A stretch of 62,090 nucleotides of DNA, the filler included, from Choristocarpus tenellus KU-1152 (taxonomy: Eukaryota; Protista; Phaeophyceae), in the NCBI GenBank assembly GCA_964200185.2. It is 7 parts of 7 records of this genome, joined end to end, with 100 filler letters (N's around TTAATTAATTAA, not from the genome) between each part and the next. Parts side by side here need not be neighbours in the genome. Positions count along the whole stretch, not along the records: positions 11,997 to 28,303 come from CAXNAD020000843.1; 6 more parts are not named here. The stretch is one strand, 5' to 3'. The notes under the pieces are model-generated. The model was not told the DNA's origin and did no database searches. It saw only the letters and a program-made list of their open reading frames with translations. How positions within the stretch are numbered: the first letter of the stretch is position 1; each line of letters begins with the position of its first letter. Shown here piece after piece: positions 12,077 through 25,700 of the stretch. The translations under genes were made by a program, and so were the position numbers.

Positions 12077-15075
12077 ATCAAGATATTTTTCTGGTCTAGT
12101 ACTAGATGGGCAGCAAAAGGATAGGGCCCTTGGCTTTCTTAATCTTCAGGCAGCAGCCACAAGGGACAAGGTACACATTGCGTGTGAAGTTATGTAGTCT
12201 TAACCGTGGAGATTAGTGTATGGTTGTGGATGGGACTGATAGGGGCAGAGTGGATTTGGGATAGGGCTAGCAATAGGTCGTTTAGAACATGACACAAAGT
12301 TTGCACTAGAGCAATAGAACTTGCAGAGTATTTCTCCGGAATATATGAAATGAGCAACACATGTACAGTGCAGTGACCACGTCTAGCGGGGTAGGAGACT
12401 TCATGAGACACCATCATATCGACCGCTGATGCGTACAAAAAACAATAGTATAAGGACACAAGCAATCTGAGCATTCAATGCAATCTACATTTCTGTCACA
12501 TCTGTTCATCTGTACATGTGCACGTACACTCAAGACTATGGGTTGCCTCCCTTTCCTGTAAGAATGGAACTGTCTCCTTAGTTTCCCAATTTCTACTCCC
12601 ACACCTGTTTCATAAATACTTCAGTTTTTTCCACTTTTCTGACACTCTCACTGCTCTGAACACTAAACCCATCTTGTCAATACTCTCTGTTTAATTTCGA
12701 ACCAACCATAAAGCTGTTTCACTCTGCTGCTGACACTCTCCCTGACTGCTTCTCAAGTTGTCCTGGGCGATTGAAACAAGACAGACTGCAACCCTTGATG
12801 CCTTCAGGAGATCTAGGGCAGACGCAGCCAAGGCACAGGACGAGCTCATTGCCAAGCTGGAGGAGGTGAGAGATTGGATAAGGGTTCAAAGTAGTAGTGG
12901 AATCCCAATAATTGACAAGCTGGCAGGAAAAAGCAGTTTGTGTGTTGACGTTGAGAGGAACTTGAACAGATGTGGTTTCAATGAAGCTGAGGCAGAGGTT
13001 GAGAAAGGATTTAGACTCCTACAGGGTTTGATTTCGGCCTATATTTTCACACTTTTTCGAACCAAACTATTGTTTGGATATGGAAGAACACTAATCGAAA
13101 ATGTGTGTGCGTTTATATCAGGAGAAATGATGTGACCAAGGCTCATAGGACTCTTTGAGGCCAAGCTGTGCTGATAGAAAATCACCGTTGTTGACCAAGG
13201 CCCTGGAACTAGTTACCCATTTGGTAATGATAGTGGGCTACTGTTTGTCATGATATTTCTGCATATATTTTAAGTACTACATACTGCGGAGTAGCAATAG
13301 TGTTCTACACCAGCACATGTCATGGGATTTTTTTGAAGGGGTGACCCAAAGCATTTAAGGGGGCAGGAGTTTACCACGTTGGTCCATTCAGGGCTTGGCT
13401 TCCCATGGGTTTTTTATGCCCTTTCTCGATTTCTGTGTGAACACGTTTACCTAAATTTATACGACTACGAAAGGTGTGTCTGAAGCAAGGATATTGACAC
13501 TTGCTAACAAACACAATAGCATAAATTAACCAAAATCGCAACATTGGATTTATGTTCCCGAACGGACGCGGCCCTACCCTCTTAAATGATTTGACTCCGT
13601 AGTGAGAGGTGTAGTTGTGGATTGTAGGCTGGATAAGGTTGGGCGTAGTTGGTACTTCAAAGCAGATTAGTACGAATGACAATCTTGATATGGAGATCAA
13701 TAGCAAAGTATAGTACTGTCTATGTTCACCTTTGAAGACCGCCTTGGTGATGTATCCCATATGCAAGCAACGGTTGAGTTGTAGGACACTCTGTCCACAA
13801 ATACCTGTGAAGTGTCCTACGCCATACTCTAGTATATCTCTCCTATCAAAACAATCTCCTCCTCCTCCACCTTCCCCACTTTCATGCTGTTGTTGTTCGA
13901 TATTCAGGACCTATCTGACATCTTGGATTCGATATCAACCTTGAACTCAACACAGTGCCTTGCATGGCAGGTGAGAGTTGAATGTACTTTCTTGAAGGGG
14001 TGACAATGGGGGTTTTGCACTCATCCATTGCTATAATAATCATGAACTCAAGTGGAGCAATGTGCTAGGGAGGGGAGGTAACATATTATTTTCTTGGGCT
14101 TCAGCCGAAAAAGGTTCACAAATAAGTTTTGTTTTTTCAAGAATTAAGCATATCAAATTCATCAAGCAATGAAAGGAGTTTTGTCCCTCTCTCCGCATTC
14201 TATTGTACATGTGGAACTGCTGTAGTTGCGTCTTTGGTCCAAATTCGAGTCGCTTCTGCAACCTGCACTTGAATATTCTACAAGTCTGTTGGAAAGATGT
14301 GGTGTGGACACACGGCATAGGCTTCGCAATTTAGGTGGGGTTAGGGAAGTAGGTCAAGTGTTTGTTATGCTTCCCTCTAGCTGCACATACACCCTTTCCC
14401 AACCTGAAATCTCGGCCTTCACCCTCTGTTCCAAATGGGGAAAAGCTTGGACTGTTCCACTTACATTTCCTATTTTTCAAATATCATTAACCTTTTCTGT
14501 TTACAAGTGGATCTGTCCTGGGTGATGTTTGGACATTTCATAGGAAACGTCATATGGGAGACTGTAGGGGCTTAATCAATTTGCAGTGACATGCCAACAC
14601 TTCCTCTGGGTTGCTTGCAACAATACTCATCCCACTGAGCCGGGTATCCCTACAACCCTGTCCAATCCCCGGCATACCACTCCACCCTTGCTTCATGATT
14701 TTATGTTCCTTTCATACCGTGGTATCTCCTCACTTCCTTCTTAGGCTTGTCCTACAGGAAGCAATGATACTTATGGGAATCACACATACCAGTGGTGGAT
14801 GGATACCAATGGATCTATTGCAGAGGTATGACATAACTTTGTTAGAAACCTTAAAGGGATTGAGGGCAGGACCTTATCCTGATCCATAGGTTGGAAGATA
14901 GTGCACTAATATATCCACAAATGCACCTCTACTGTGTGGGGGCGTGCAGGCTGAAATTTCCTGAACTACCCTTCAACTTATCAACATATGGCCTTGGGAT
15001 GGCCGAGGTTACTACCAACCACTGCAGTGAAAATGTGACAAACAATTCAGGAGTCACATTCAAGACCAACAACAT
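12077..15075 (+). CDS. Probable upstream exons of the giant Gly-rich/GH43-like gene (12077-12170, 12758-12865, 13908-13970, 14745-14825, possibly 14950-15075)
   Basis: AG/GT-bounded, frame-consistent segments read SRYFSGLVLDGQQKDRALGFLNLQAAATRDK / LSWAIETRQTATLDAFRRSRADAAKAQDELIAKLEE / DLSDILDSISTLNSTQCLAWQ / ACPTGSNDTYGNHTYQWWMDTNGSIAE. The join to the 14950 and 16753 exons is not resolved. Confidence 0.55.
13343..13597. mobile_element. MITE family A copy (diverged)
   Basis: GACCCAAAGCATTTAAGGGGG ... CCCTCTTAAATGATTTGACTC; about 255 bp and colinear with the other copies. Confidence 0.85.
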
Positions 15076-15468
15076 GTAGTAACAATCTCTTTGGCAGGTA
15101 CTTCTATGGTCAGACAATAGTGAAAACCACCTCTCTGGCACAATATGTTGAATATGCCTTGACCCTACCTCAATTCCGACAGAAATTACAAAGAAGTAGA
15201 GCTCTTACATATTTTTTTCAACCTCTGACACATATCTGTGCTTATCTCGGGAGATAGAGAAGAGCACAATATCTTGTGCCACTTGTCCTGATGTACCCTT
15301 GAACCCAAACCTGATATTTGATCCTCATGTTGCTGCACACCTCTTGTTCATCCCATGCCTGAGTCAGACTTGATATTCAATAAGAAAAAACCACATATCA
15401 TAGCTTGGACCCATTACTATCTCCATGCTGCACCATAAATTGATTTCTTCTCCTTTTTTTCAACAACT

Positions 15469-15726
15469 GACCGAACGTATCTTAGAGTGTAGAGCCGTGT
15501 CCATTTGGGGGCCAAAATTCAATGTTGAGATTTTGATGTATTTTCTGCTATCGTGTTTGCTAGGAAGTGTCAATATCCTTGTTTCAGACACACCTTTTCA
15601 TAACGTATACAATTTACTTTCTCCAAAAAATTTCAGAGTAGGAAAATCTCATAACAAACCCGTGGGAAGCCAAGCCCCAAACAGACAAACAGGGAAAAGC
15701 TCGTACCCTCTGAGATACTTCCACTC
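15469..15726. mobile_element. MITE family A copy
   Basis: TIRs present at both ends; flanked by ACT/ACT. Confidence 0.88.
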
Positions 15727-16752
15727 ACTGAGTGGTTTGCCTTCCTCGACCTACTGAAGCCTACCTCTATTGCCTCTTCTTTACTCTTGGCCCTGTATCA
15801 AGCTTCTTCCTACCTTCCATCACTTCTTTATCGTGCTGGCATTGAGCAAAACACTAATATACTAGGATTGTACCTCCCAACCTGTATCACATGTCCTCCT
15901 TCTTGAGAGCTTGTTAAGGTGGTAGATATTCCCGTGGCAAGGGGAATATAATGCGCTGTGAACAGTAAGCTAGAACAGCTCCTTGGTACTTTGAATTACT
16001 CCATGCCTTGAAAGGAAAATATCCTCACCACAAGTATCACCTCTTTCTGAGATAGGAAAAATTCCATATATTGTACAGCATCTGAGATATAGTCCCTCTC
16101 CCCCCCCAAACCAAATATTCCTGCCTGAAAAGGGACTTCGGAGCATAAACAATGCCTCATGTCCTTGCACAATTGTGTTTAACACATCTAGTCTTGAGAT
16201 GTATGGTGCGATATCTGCCACGGGTGAGCTAGCAACCACTGACGGGGCAACAGAGGTAGCCGTTTGGTCTTTTGACCAGGTAGGGAAAATGAAAGAAATA
16301 AAGGGCAGATGAAAGCTTGGGGTGGAGAATACGATAGCAGGGAAGTCACAGGATCAATAGTAACGAATACTCGTGACTTTGACAGAACCCCGATCACTTA
16401 CACCACCCCACAGTCCTCGTTGTAACAACCCCCAACAAACACAACCCAGCCCCAATGCTTCTTCCCCTCTTGCTGATAATGCTTCCTTCAAACAAGCTTC
16501 ATTTTGTAATCAAAACGAAACAAAGCAGCATTTTTCCTGTGAAAGGCATTCTGTGCCTATGGATTTGAAGATATCTCCCTACGAGGCGCCACTAAAGACA
16601 TTCACTCCACCCATTAAGGTTTGAACTACAAGTATCAGTCCAGTCAAACCGTGTTCACCTTGATTATCCCCAGTCACATTCTTCACTCACAATGTCCCAT
16701 CACTAAAGTCTCCATACGTCAGACCTGAAGTCCCCTCTTCTCCCACTTCAAG

Positions 16753-19700
16753 GTATACTTGGGCCCTGAAATATCGGTGGAGGTTACAGGACAAAGAGCA
16801 ATGGCAATCCTCAGTCGCAGCACCCTTGTTCTAAATACCTCAATCATTGTGTCCCCTGGAACCCTTGGGGGCTTTCCTGGCGGGGGGGGAGTTGGAAGGG
16901 CAACTTCTTCCCGACTCTCAGATGAGGTGGACAGCCTTAAGGGTCCACCAGACTATCCACTTTCCTTTCTCACCAACAGCACTAGTCAGCACCTCTTGAA
17001 CTCAGGAGATGTACCAAGTAACAATATTAATGGCCCAGGTGCTGGGAGCCTCCGTTATTATCTGTTCACAATTACCACATCCGCTGATGATGTGAATGAG
17101 GTGCAACAGGCAAGTCAGATATTCAAGTACTCCAACATACTACAGAGATGTACCTTATTATACAGGGAGAGGTTGTACCACTGATAAGCCACATGTATAC
17201 ACAATGCTACATAGGACTCCTTCTCTAAACTTCACTGCAGATTGCGTCTCTGTGTCAACTTCACATCCACCCCAACCTTCCCACCCTTCCTACACATGTT
17301 TCACTGCCACAGTCACCATATATTTCACGTCCACACCATTTCAAATTGTCCAGGTATGTACATCTTGCAGTGAGGGCAAGACCCTGGGAGGCTGTTTCCA
17401 CCTCACCCACTCTGGTCGTACCACACCATGCATACCGTACGATACCTCTCCAGCAGAACTCGAAGTCTACATTGAGTCCAGTCTAAATTCCGAACCAGTG
17501 GACGGACCGGGACCCTATCCCTTCCCCCGGGAGCAGCATAGCAGTAGATTATCGCAAGCTGATCTTGCTGAGGAGAGGAAGGAGACAGAAGGAGTGGGGC
17601 ATAGCTCCGTTGAGAGAGTAGAGCAGTATTGGACACCAGGTGTTGGTCGTGTTAACGTGACCTCTAATGGCGAGGTAGATGATCAGCTCGGTCGCTGCTG
17701 GAATGTCACCTTTGTCACAGCAACAGGAAACGTTCCTGAGGCAATGGTTCCAATCTCAACCACACACCAAAACATACAGTCTTCTAGCTTTGCAAATATC
17801 TCACATCAACTACTAACTGGCATCAATGCTTCAGTGAGTGTAGATACTCTAGTTGATGGGAATACACTCGGCGGCACTTTTTTACTTGGCTTTAGAGGTG
17901 GATGGACCGCTGGCATTGGCGTCGATGCTACAGTTGCAGAAGTTCAAAACTCACTCCTTGCTCTCCCAGGAGTAATTTCGGCCAGAGTGTACAGATCGGA
18001 TCCTGGTTTGCCAGTAAATAGGTGCAGTGATGGCCTCTGCAGGGAAGGAGGTACTAGAGAAGATAATAGCAATGTGGTCGGAACAGGACCCTCACCAGGT
18101 GGTGGAAGGGTATGGACGGTGGAACTCGGAACAAGAGAGGGAAACACAGAACCTTCTTCACCAACTGCATCAGAGGCACTAGATGAAGGGGAGTGGGAGT
18201 GGCCAGAGGTAGTAGGGCGTTTTTTGACAGGGACTGGAGCACAGGTGGAGCTGGAGAGAGGGTTCGGGGCATCATCTGATCTTCTCTTGGCAAACTTCAA
18301 TGTGACCCAACCATTTTCGATCGCTCTTGGGGGCACTGGAGCTTCACATGGTGGGGAAAATGATTGTAGGCAAGAGGATGTTGTGCTATGAGTGGGGGAA
18401 TCGTATGGGTGTTATTTGTCTGGGACTGGTTGGAGGTAATTGCCCTCAGTGAGGGGATACATGAATGCAATGTAGGGCGTGCAGACCAAGAGCTGGAGGG
18501 AAGGAAGGATAAGATGTTGACCTAGAGAATGTTCTGTTACTAATCATTATGTTGTGAGGGAAAAACATGTATGATGTTGATCTCACCCAGTTCACACTGC
18601 ATTTCTAACTTTATTAGTAAACTCCAGCAGCAGGGGAGTCCTGGTGACTGTTCCTGTGCAGTATCAGTCTCATGTTTCCTTTCTCCTACTTGATAATTGG
18701 CTCAGTCTCCTTAGCACTCTTCATCAGTACCCCAGGATACCTTGCTCCCACCACTTGATGAAACTTCCCCTTTATCTTCTTTTATTCTATCAACAATGGA
18801 TAACTCATGCCAATTGCACAGGTGGGATTGGAGGGGCAGGTGCTAATGCAGGGCCAGAAAATGGGACCCCTCGTATCTCCTATTCAGACAACGCCCTGTC
18901 TGACCTCCTTGGAGGGAGTGGAGGTGCCAGGGGCGGCCTGTTCCCAGCTATTGTGCATGCCCTGGGGGAGAAAACCGGAGAGGGAAGGGGAGGTGCTGGG
19001 GGGGGTGCGATTGAATTTGCCGCACTCAATGATGTGGTGATTGGATCCTTGGGAAGAGTGGTAGTAGATGGCAGCGCTGGGGCTGGGGCATGGGATGGAG
19101 GTGGAGGTGGCGGTAGTGGTGGGGCCGTACTGGTTGCTGCAGGGGGTGCAATACGCCATACTGGATCAATCTCTGCCAGGGGTGGAGATGGTGGTCCAAC
19201 ATACCGACCATTGTCGGAGAATGGGGGGGGAGGGGGTGGGGGGGGAAGGGTTGCACTGTATGCTCAGAGCATAGACATTGAACAAAATGGCAAGTTCGAT
19301 GTCTCAGGAGGAAGGTGGGTTCTCTGGTTTATATCATCGGTGGACATTAGAGTTGTGGGTAAACAATACAGTTGTGGGTGCTGAACTGATTTTGGAGGGT
19401 TAATGCCCATATGAGCTGATACCAAAGAGGCATTGTGTATTATGAATGAGCTTGAAGCAGGAGGGAGGGATCTCTACAGGGGGGTCTCTCTATTCCCCGC
19501 TCTCCTCCGACACACCGTCTTTTTCCCCTCTCTTATTCCCTTGTTTCTTGTCGCCCTGATTCACTTGACCTTGACCCTCTCCCCTCTCTATCCCTCTCCA
19601 TTCATGCACCCTGGAAATTCCTTGGGTATGGGGAAGAAATGTTTCCAAAACGCATATTTGATATGACAGGTGTTTTGTAACAACAAAGTCTAACGGCCTT

Positions 19701-22700
19701 AGGGATGATGCTTGTGATGAAAGACGGGCAGGTGCAACAGGAACATTAACCAAAGATGCTTCCTTTGGGTATCACTTTGGCCCTGATAACAACCATGGCC
19801 TAGGCGGGGCTGGTGCAGAGGTAAGCATGTGAATTGCTTCAAATATGAGGTGCCTCTATCTATGCACTCAAAACTCTATGAAGTAATTACAATAATATAC
19901 ATCCTTAATATACTGACTTTTAATAGTATACGTTGTATGGAGTAAACTCATTCAATCCGGACTATTTCAGTAGGTGTGTGAGAGAGGGAGCCTGTGTCCA
20001 TATGTATGGCACAAGGCACAGCAACAAGATGACTGTTCAGTGATGAAAAAACAAAAGACAAGGAAGGAATGAGGGCTACCCACCTTTGATCAAAGTGACC
20101 GAAGTAGAGTCTACATTCTAAACTCATACAATTGTGAGGGGGTGGTGAATTTGCTTTTCTACTACATAATGATTTTTTTACTCATTCCTTTCCTGTTCTC
20201 TGTATTCATTAATCTGTGCTGGTGGTATGTTTAGTTCATTCTTAGTGCGATTGCAAACTCAAAGAAAAACATTGCGGGCAGGTACTTGTCAAAATTTTGC
20301 GCTACTGCACTGCCACCAGTCAACGCATTGATCTATGCTGCCTAGTAGTCCAGAGTACTTGAAATCTCTCTGTTACATGTACTGATTCAACTCATCACCT
20401 CCACATAGCCCACTAGCTGTTGTAGAAGTAAGAATAAAGACTAAGTATTTTGTTATCTCCTTGACATATCTCAGAGTGCTTGTATTATTGCTCTCACCTT
20501 TGCATCAAATCGCTTCCAAGTGAAAGTATCTTAGGGTTAGGGTACGAGTTTTGCCCTGTTTGTCCGTTTGGGGCTTGGTTTCCCATGGGTTTTCTGTGAC
20601 ATTTTACCTACTCCGGAAGATTTCAGAGTAGGTAAAATGTTTACATTATAAAAACTTTTGTCTGGAACAAGGATATCGACACTTCCTAACAAACACAACA
20701 GCCAAAATTACATCAAAGTCGCTACAATGGATTTTGGTCCCCAAACGTACCCAGCTCTACCCTAACCCTAAGATACTTCGACTCGGTCCTCTTGACCCTC
20801 AACAAGACCTTCTTCATCTTCTTGTGACAAATCTCATGGGTGGCACTGATTGATTGAGACATCTCCGCTTCCTTCCCACTTGCCGTATCTACACCAAGGG
20901 CACAAACACCTCCCTACTTATTCACAGAGACGAGGTTGGGTTGAAAGCATCTTCAGGATCTCTATCATACCAGGCTGTGCGACCACATGATGGGCTGGAA
21001 TACACACTGTCCGCAGGTCCATCTACCCCAGAAAAAGTAACATTCTATGTAAAGGTGAGAAGGAGACTACCTTTTTGGATTACTTGGAGGAGGTTCATAC
21101 GAGGAGATGATGGAGGTTGTTCTAGATAAAAGTTACCGGTGCAGCGCTTGGTATTTTTGAGAAGATGAGCAGGTCCCACTTTTAAAGAAAGACTGATTTG
21201 AGCACAAGGAGATATATCAAAGTTCATCACTCTCCGAATCTGACACCTGTTGACCCCTGAAATGCACTACCCAAGTGTTGGGACCCCATACCTGTGCAGG
21301 TGACTCCAGGAGCAATGTTAATGTATCCTGAATCAATCCTTGTCATTTTGGATGTTTTTCAGGTGGCCGCTTCAGCAACAGCGACTAGCAAGGACCACAG
21401 CAAAGGTTCTGAGTGGGGCACCGTGTTTGCTCTCCTTAGCCCAGGGAACACCTCACAGTCCTTGTTCAACACCTCACGCAATACCTCCTGGGGTGCCTCT
21501 CCACTGTGGAACATCTCCACAATTGACCACGAGGAGGATGATGGCAATGTGAGATACACCCTTTCTGTAGTTCCCCTCCTTTTATCAGATCTCTCCACCA
21601 AGGAAATGGATAGTGCTTTGTTTGGGCACACGCACTTCAAATATCAATATCTATTCTACATATTTATATTCCTCCATACTCTAGCATTGGTTGTGTTTGG
21701 GCATACGCACCTCAAATATCAATATGTATTGTATATATTGATATTCCGCCATACTCTAGCAGTGGCTGTGCTCGCCTTATGGTGAACTGAGAATATAGAT
21801 GGAAAACAACTCGCTGAGAGGGATGTTAGCTCCTCCAGAAACAATTGAAAGGCAGTGATCAGAATATTCATTTTAGCCCTATGTAACTTATAAACAGCTT
21901 GTCATAGCCTGGTTTGCATGCTTGGATATTGCACTCTCTAAAAACTTAGGAATTGTTCCCAGTCCCAAGAACAACCACGATTGGGGTTGGAATAATTGGA
22001 GGGGCCATGAGGCATGGGTCTGGCTATCACCAAGTTCCAGGGGGGGCACATGAAGAAGAAGAGGCGTCTGGGGGTATCCTTGAACAGCACATCATTGGCG
22101 GGCACTGGTACAAGGTCAGACTATGGTCGTTGGGTAGGCATTACTTTGAAAGTGTCATAGGGCAAGAATTTGACAGATGTGTGGAGAGGGTTGGAATATG
22201 GTACAATATGGTAATGTGGGCAAGACTGTCAAGAATATGCTTTTTATTCGTATATTAAAAATGTTTCTGTAGGAGAAACAATGAGTTGTTGAACTATTGT
22301 TGGATAACGGGATAATTGATAGTAATGTCTTTGTTAGGTGAGAAAGAGAATATCTTCCGAGTTATTATAGGACAACAAGAAGGGTCCTAGAAAAGGAATA
22401 TTGTAGCGAGTAACACAGATAGAGTGACGAGTTATTAGTGATCAGGGATGAGTGAAAGGTTTATCGCCCCCCCCACATGGATGGTGTTCCTCACTCCAAC
22501 GTTCTGCCTACTACAACATAACTGAGAAGGAATTTATCTACATATTTCTATTCCAAGGCTTAGGATTCTACACATTCTTTAACAAAGACCTCTATTGAGG
22601 ACATCCAAATCCAAAATGTATCAAAGGTATCGCACTAAGCTCTCATCAGAAAATATTTCTATTTTGGTTGCAACCCACACTGTTGTGAGTGAAAAGCAGA

Positions 22701-25700
22701 AAGCTGCTGGCAGGGCATAGATCAGAGGAACCGCCCACCTTGAAACCCAACACAACCCCTTCCTCATCCTTTCCACTCATATATTATTTTATTCCCACTC
22801 TCATATGCTGCCTGAATTCCACTTGCAGGCCCACTGCCTCTTCACTCTCCCTTCCACTTTTTCGGGTCCCAATATATCCCACACGCAACAATAGACTCAC
22901 AGCGTAGCGCACCAAAATATAGGTGGATATTATGCTTTCATGGCATGCCAATTCTACCTCTGGGAAGTATCGGGTCCTTGTTGATGACATTGTCCGGACA
23001 GAAGGGCGTCATTTCTCATCTCCAGGAGGTGGTTTGGATAGGGTTGGACTCTACATGCTTCAAGAGGGGATGGCGTGGTACGATGAGATTTACATAGGAC
23101 CTGATTTTTCTATGGGTGAGCTCACATTTTGAAGGATAGGTGAGGGGAAAGATGGGACAGGGAGGCATTGACGAGGTAGATTTGGTACATGGAGGACTCG
23201 GTGCTCAAGGTAGCAACTCTCCACTATCATTTGTTTTCGACTCCTGACTCTGGCCTCTGCAATCAAACCGATTTCATGATGAAACAGGCTTCCGCTGCCC
23301 GGTAACTTCAAGGAAGGGGGTGACTATCCCAAGCCAAGGTGACTTTGTAGGATGGGACTCATCTGAGAGCTACGCATTCAGCAAGCATAATGTCATGACG
23401 AAGAACAGGAACTTTGTTTCTGAAAGAGAACAGGTGAACCCAGGGGATGTTGGGGTGGGTGGAAGTTCGTGCTATGGGACAGATTCAATATTGAAGAACC
23501 AATCCCAAATGATTGCAAGGACGAAAACACAAGAGCAAAAAGGATGCTGGGGAGGACATGAAAGAATACATTGGGTAGTACCATGGATAATTTCATGAGA
23601 GGGTATGCAATTAAGAAGCTTGAACAGATAAGAATCCAGTATCAAAATAAACCGTTCAAAGGGAGGAATAAGGAGGTAGGGCAGGAGTCAGACAGGGGAT
23701 AATGGTCTTCGCAACTCTTGAGAATTTGACACCCTATTCATGACGTCTTTAAACAAAATCGTAGTACTATTGTTCTCCACCCCAGGAGTCTACTAGATAT
23801 TTATTTCCGCTTCATTCAGGTGTGCCAGTGCTGTGTTAAGAGGATGTTAACTCTTTCTAGAGCACTAAATTTTCACCATTTACAAAAATGCAGTTGTTGG
23901 TAAATTGGTGCAACACTCAAGGAAAACTGCAGCATAAGGGCAATTGTCCCTGCTGCAAAGTTGCGATTGATAGATTTGAAAAACCTCTTCACGCATATTT
24001 GCTCTACGAATTTTATCAGAGAGTCCACTTATCAGAGAGTCCACTTACGCTGATTTCATCAGAAAAGGTTATACACCCAATCGAGATACATCTACTTCTG
24101 TAGAGACACAGCTTGATCAAAACCTCATACCGGCCTCTCCCATAAGGGAACATGCCAACCTCACTAAATTTGCTTCCAATCTCACAAAATCTTCAACAGT
24201 ATTTACAAGAAAACGGTGGGGATGTTTACTTCGATGGGGATGGTATGCTCTCTTACCACGTCGACAGTTATGTTCGGGAGGACACACAATTTCCTCGGGA
24301 GGGTGGACTCAAGGCGGGGTCTCTGTTGAAGGTCCCAACGGAGAATGTGAGATGGCTCAAAACACAACAACATATCCCAACTTTCAGATATAAGCTAAGA
24401 TAGTAATGGCACGCTGTGAGTTGTAAAAGGATAACAATAAGGTAGAGAAGGATGGACTGACAGTGGGCTTCACACTAGGTGCTTTGATTAGTTCAGCGCG
24501 CATTTCATTTAAATCATTGACCTAGAACATTGCATCTCTGATGACATAACACCTCCAGGTCAAAACCCTCTGCAAATTGATCCCAGATGTAGAATCGGCA
24601 AGCAAGTACAACAAGGTCTTCGGTCACCCATCAAAGTATCAGCAGAAGCAAATTCTTCAAAGAGCTGACTGTCTAACCTAGTTATCAAAAGGGTATGCAG
24701 CACCTATGTGTTTAAAGTCTTAAAGATAGAGTACAAATGCCACACATGATCTTGCTTAAGAGTCATCAATACTGTCACCCCCTCACCTGGGGTTAAGCTG
24801 GGCCGAATACACATTTTCAGTCATAGATAATCGTTATTGCCCCCTCCCAGCCTAACCCAGCATGCCTATATAATCGCTTTTTGTCTGTGATATCCATTAG
24901 AAACTGTATGGGCGGGAGGGTCTTGCTCAAGCTTACCAGAAATCTCCAGGGACAGGCGGGCTGTGGCAATCTGGTGAGGTGAACTTGGATGTAATTGCGG
25001 GCAGGTAATACAGGTGACAAGTGAGGTGCTTAGAGAAGGCTATGAATCTTGAGGATAGGAAAATGAAACAAATAAGGGATGATGATCCTTCGCAGAGATT
25101 TGGCATAGATGCTTGTTGCAGAGGGTGCATCATTCCAGTGTGGGGCAATTTTCTACAAGAGATGGCTGGTTGAGTCAAATCATTTAAGGGGGCAGGGCCA
25201 CATCCGTTCAGAGTCATAAATCCAAAGTTGCAATTTTGATGAATTTTGGCTATCGTGTTCGGTAGCAAGTGTCAATGTCCTTGCTCCAGACTCACCTTTC
25301 ATAGTCCTAATCATTTTACCAACTCCAGAATCTGAAATGCTCACACAGAAAACCGAAAAAGGGTGTAAGAAACCCATGGGAAAACAAGCCCCGAACAGAC
25401 ATACAGGGCAAAGCCCCTACCATCTTAAATGCTTTGGATCGTTCCTCTACAAGAATAATAATATGAGGGAGTGATAAGAAGGGCGGACATTGGTCCAAGG
25501 CTATGATGTGGGAGCGGTATAAGTGTTGAAGCACTGTAAAAGTGTCATGTGAAAACACCTACCCATACCTCGATGCAACTGTTTGCAGTATGTATTTAGA
25601 GACGCCATCCTGGTTTTCAAGTATGAGGCACAATTGGTTGATCAGTGTCATGAACATGGCCATATATTTGAGGCAATCAAGCTGACACTCAGTGCCACAA

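Noticed and set aside
21622-21765. Two tandem copies of about 75 bp (TTTGGGCA.ACGCAC.TCAAATATCAATAT..CCATACTCTAGCA)
   Set aside because: This is a simple local intronic duplication with no further copies or structure.
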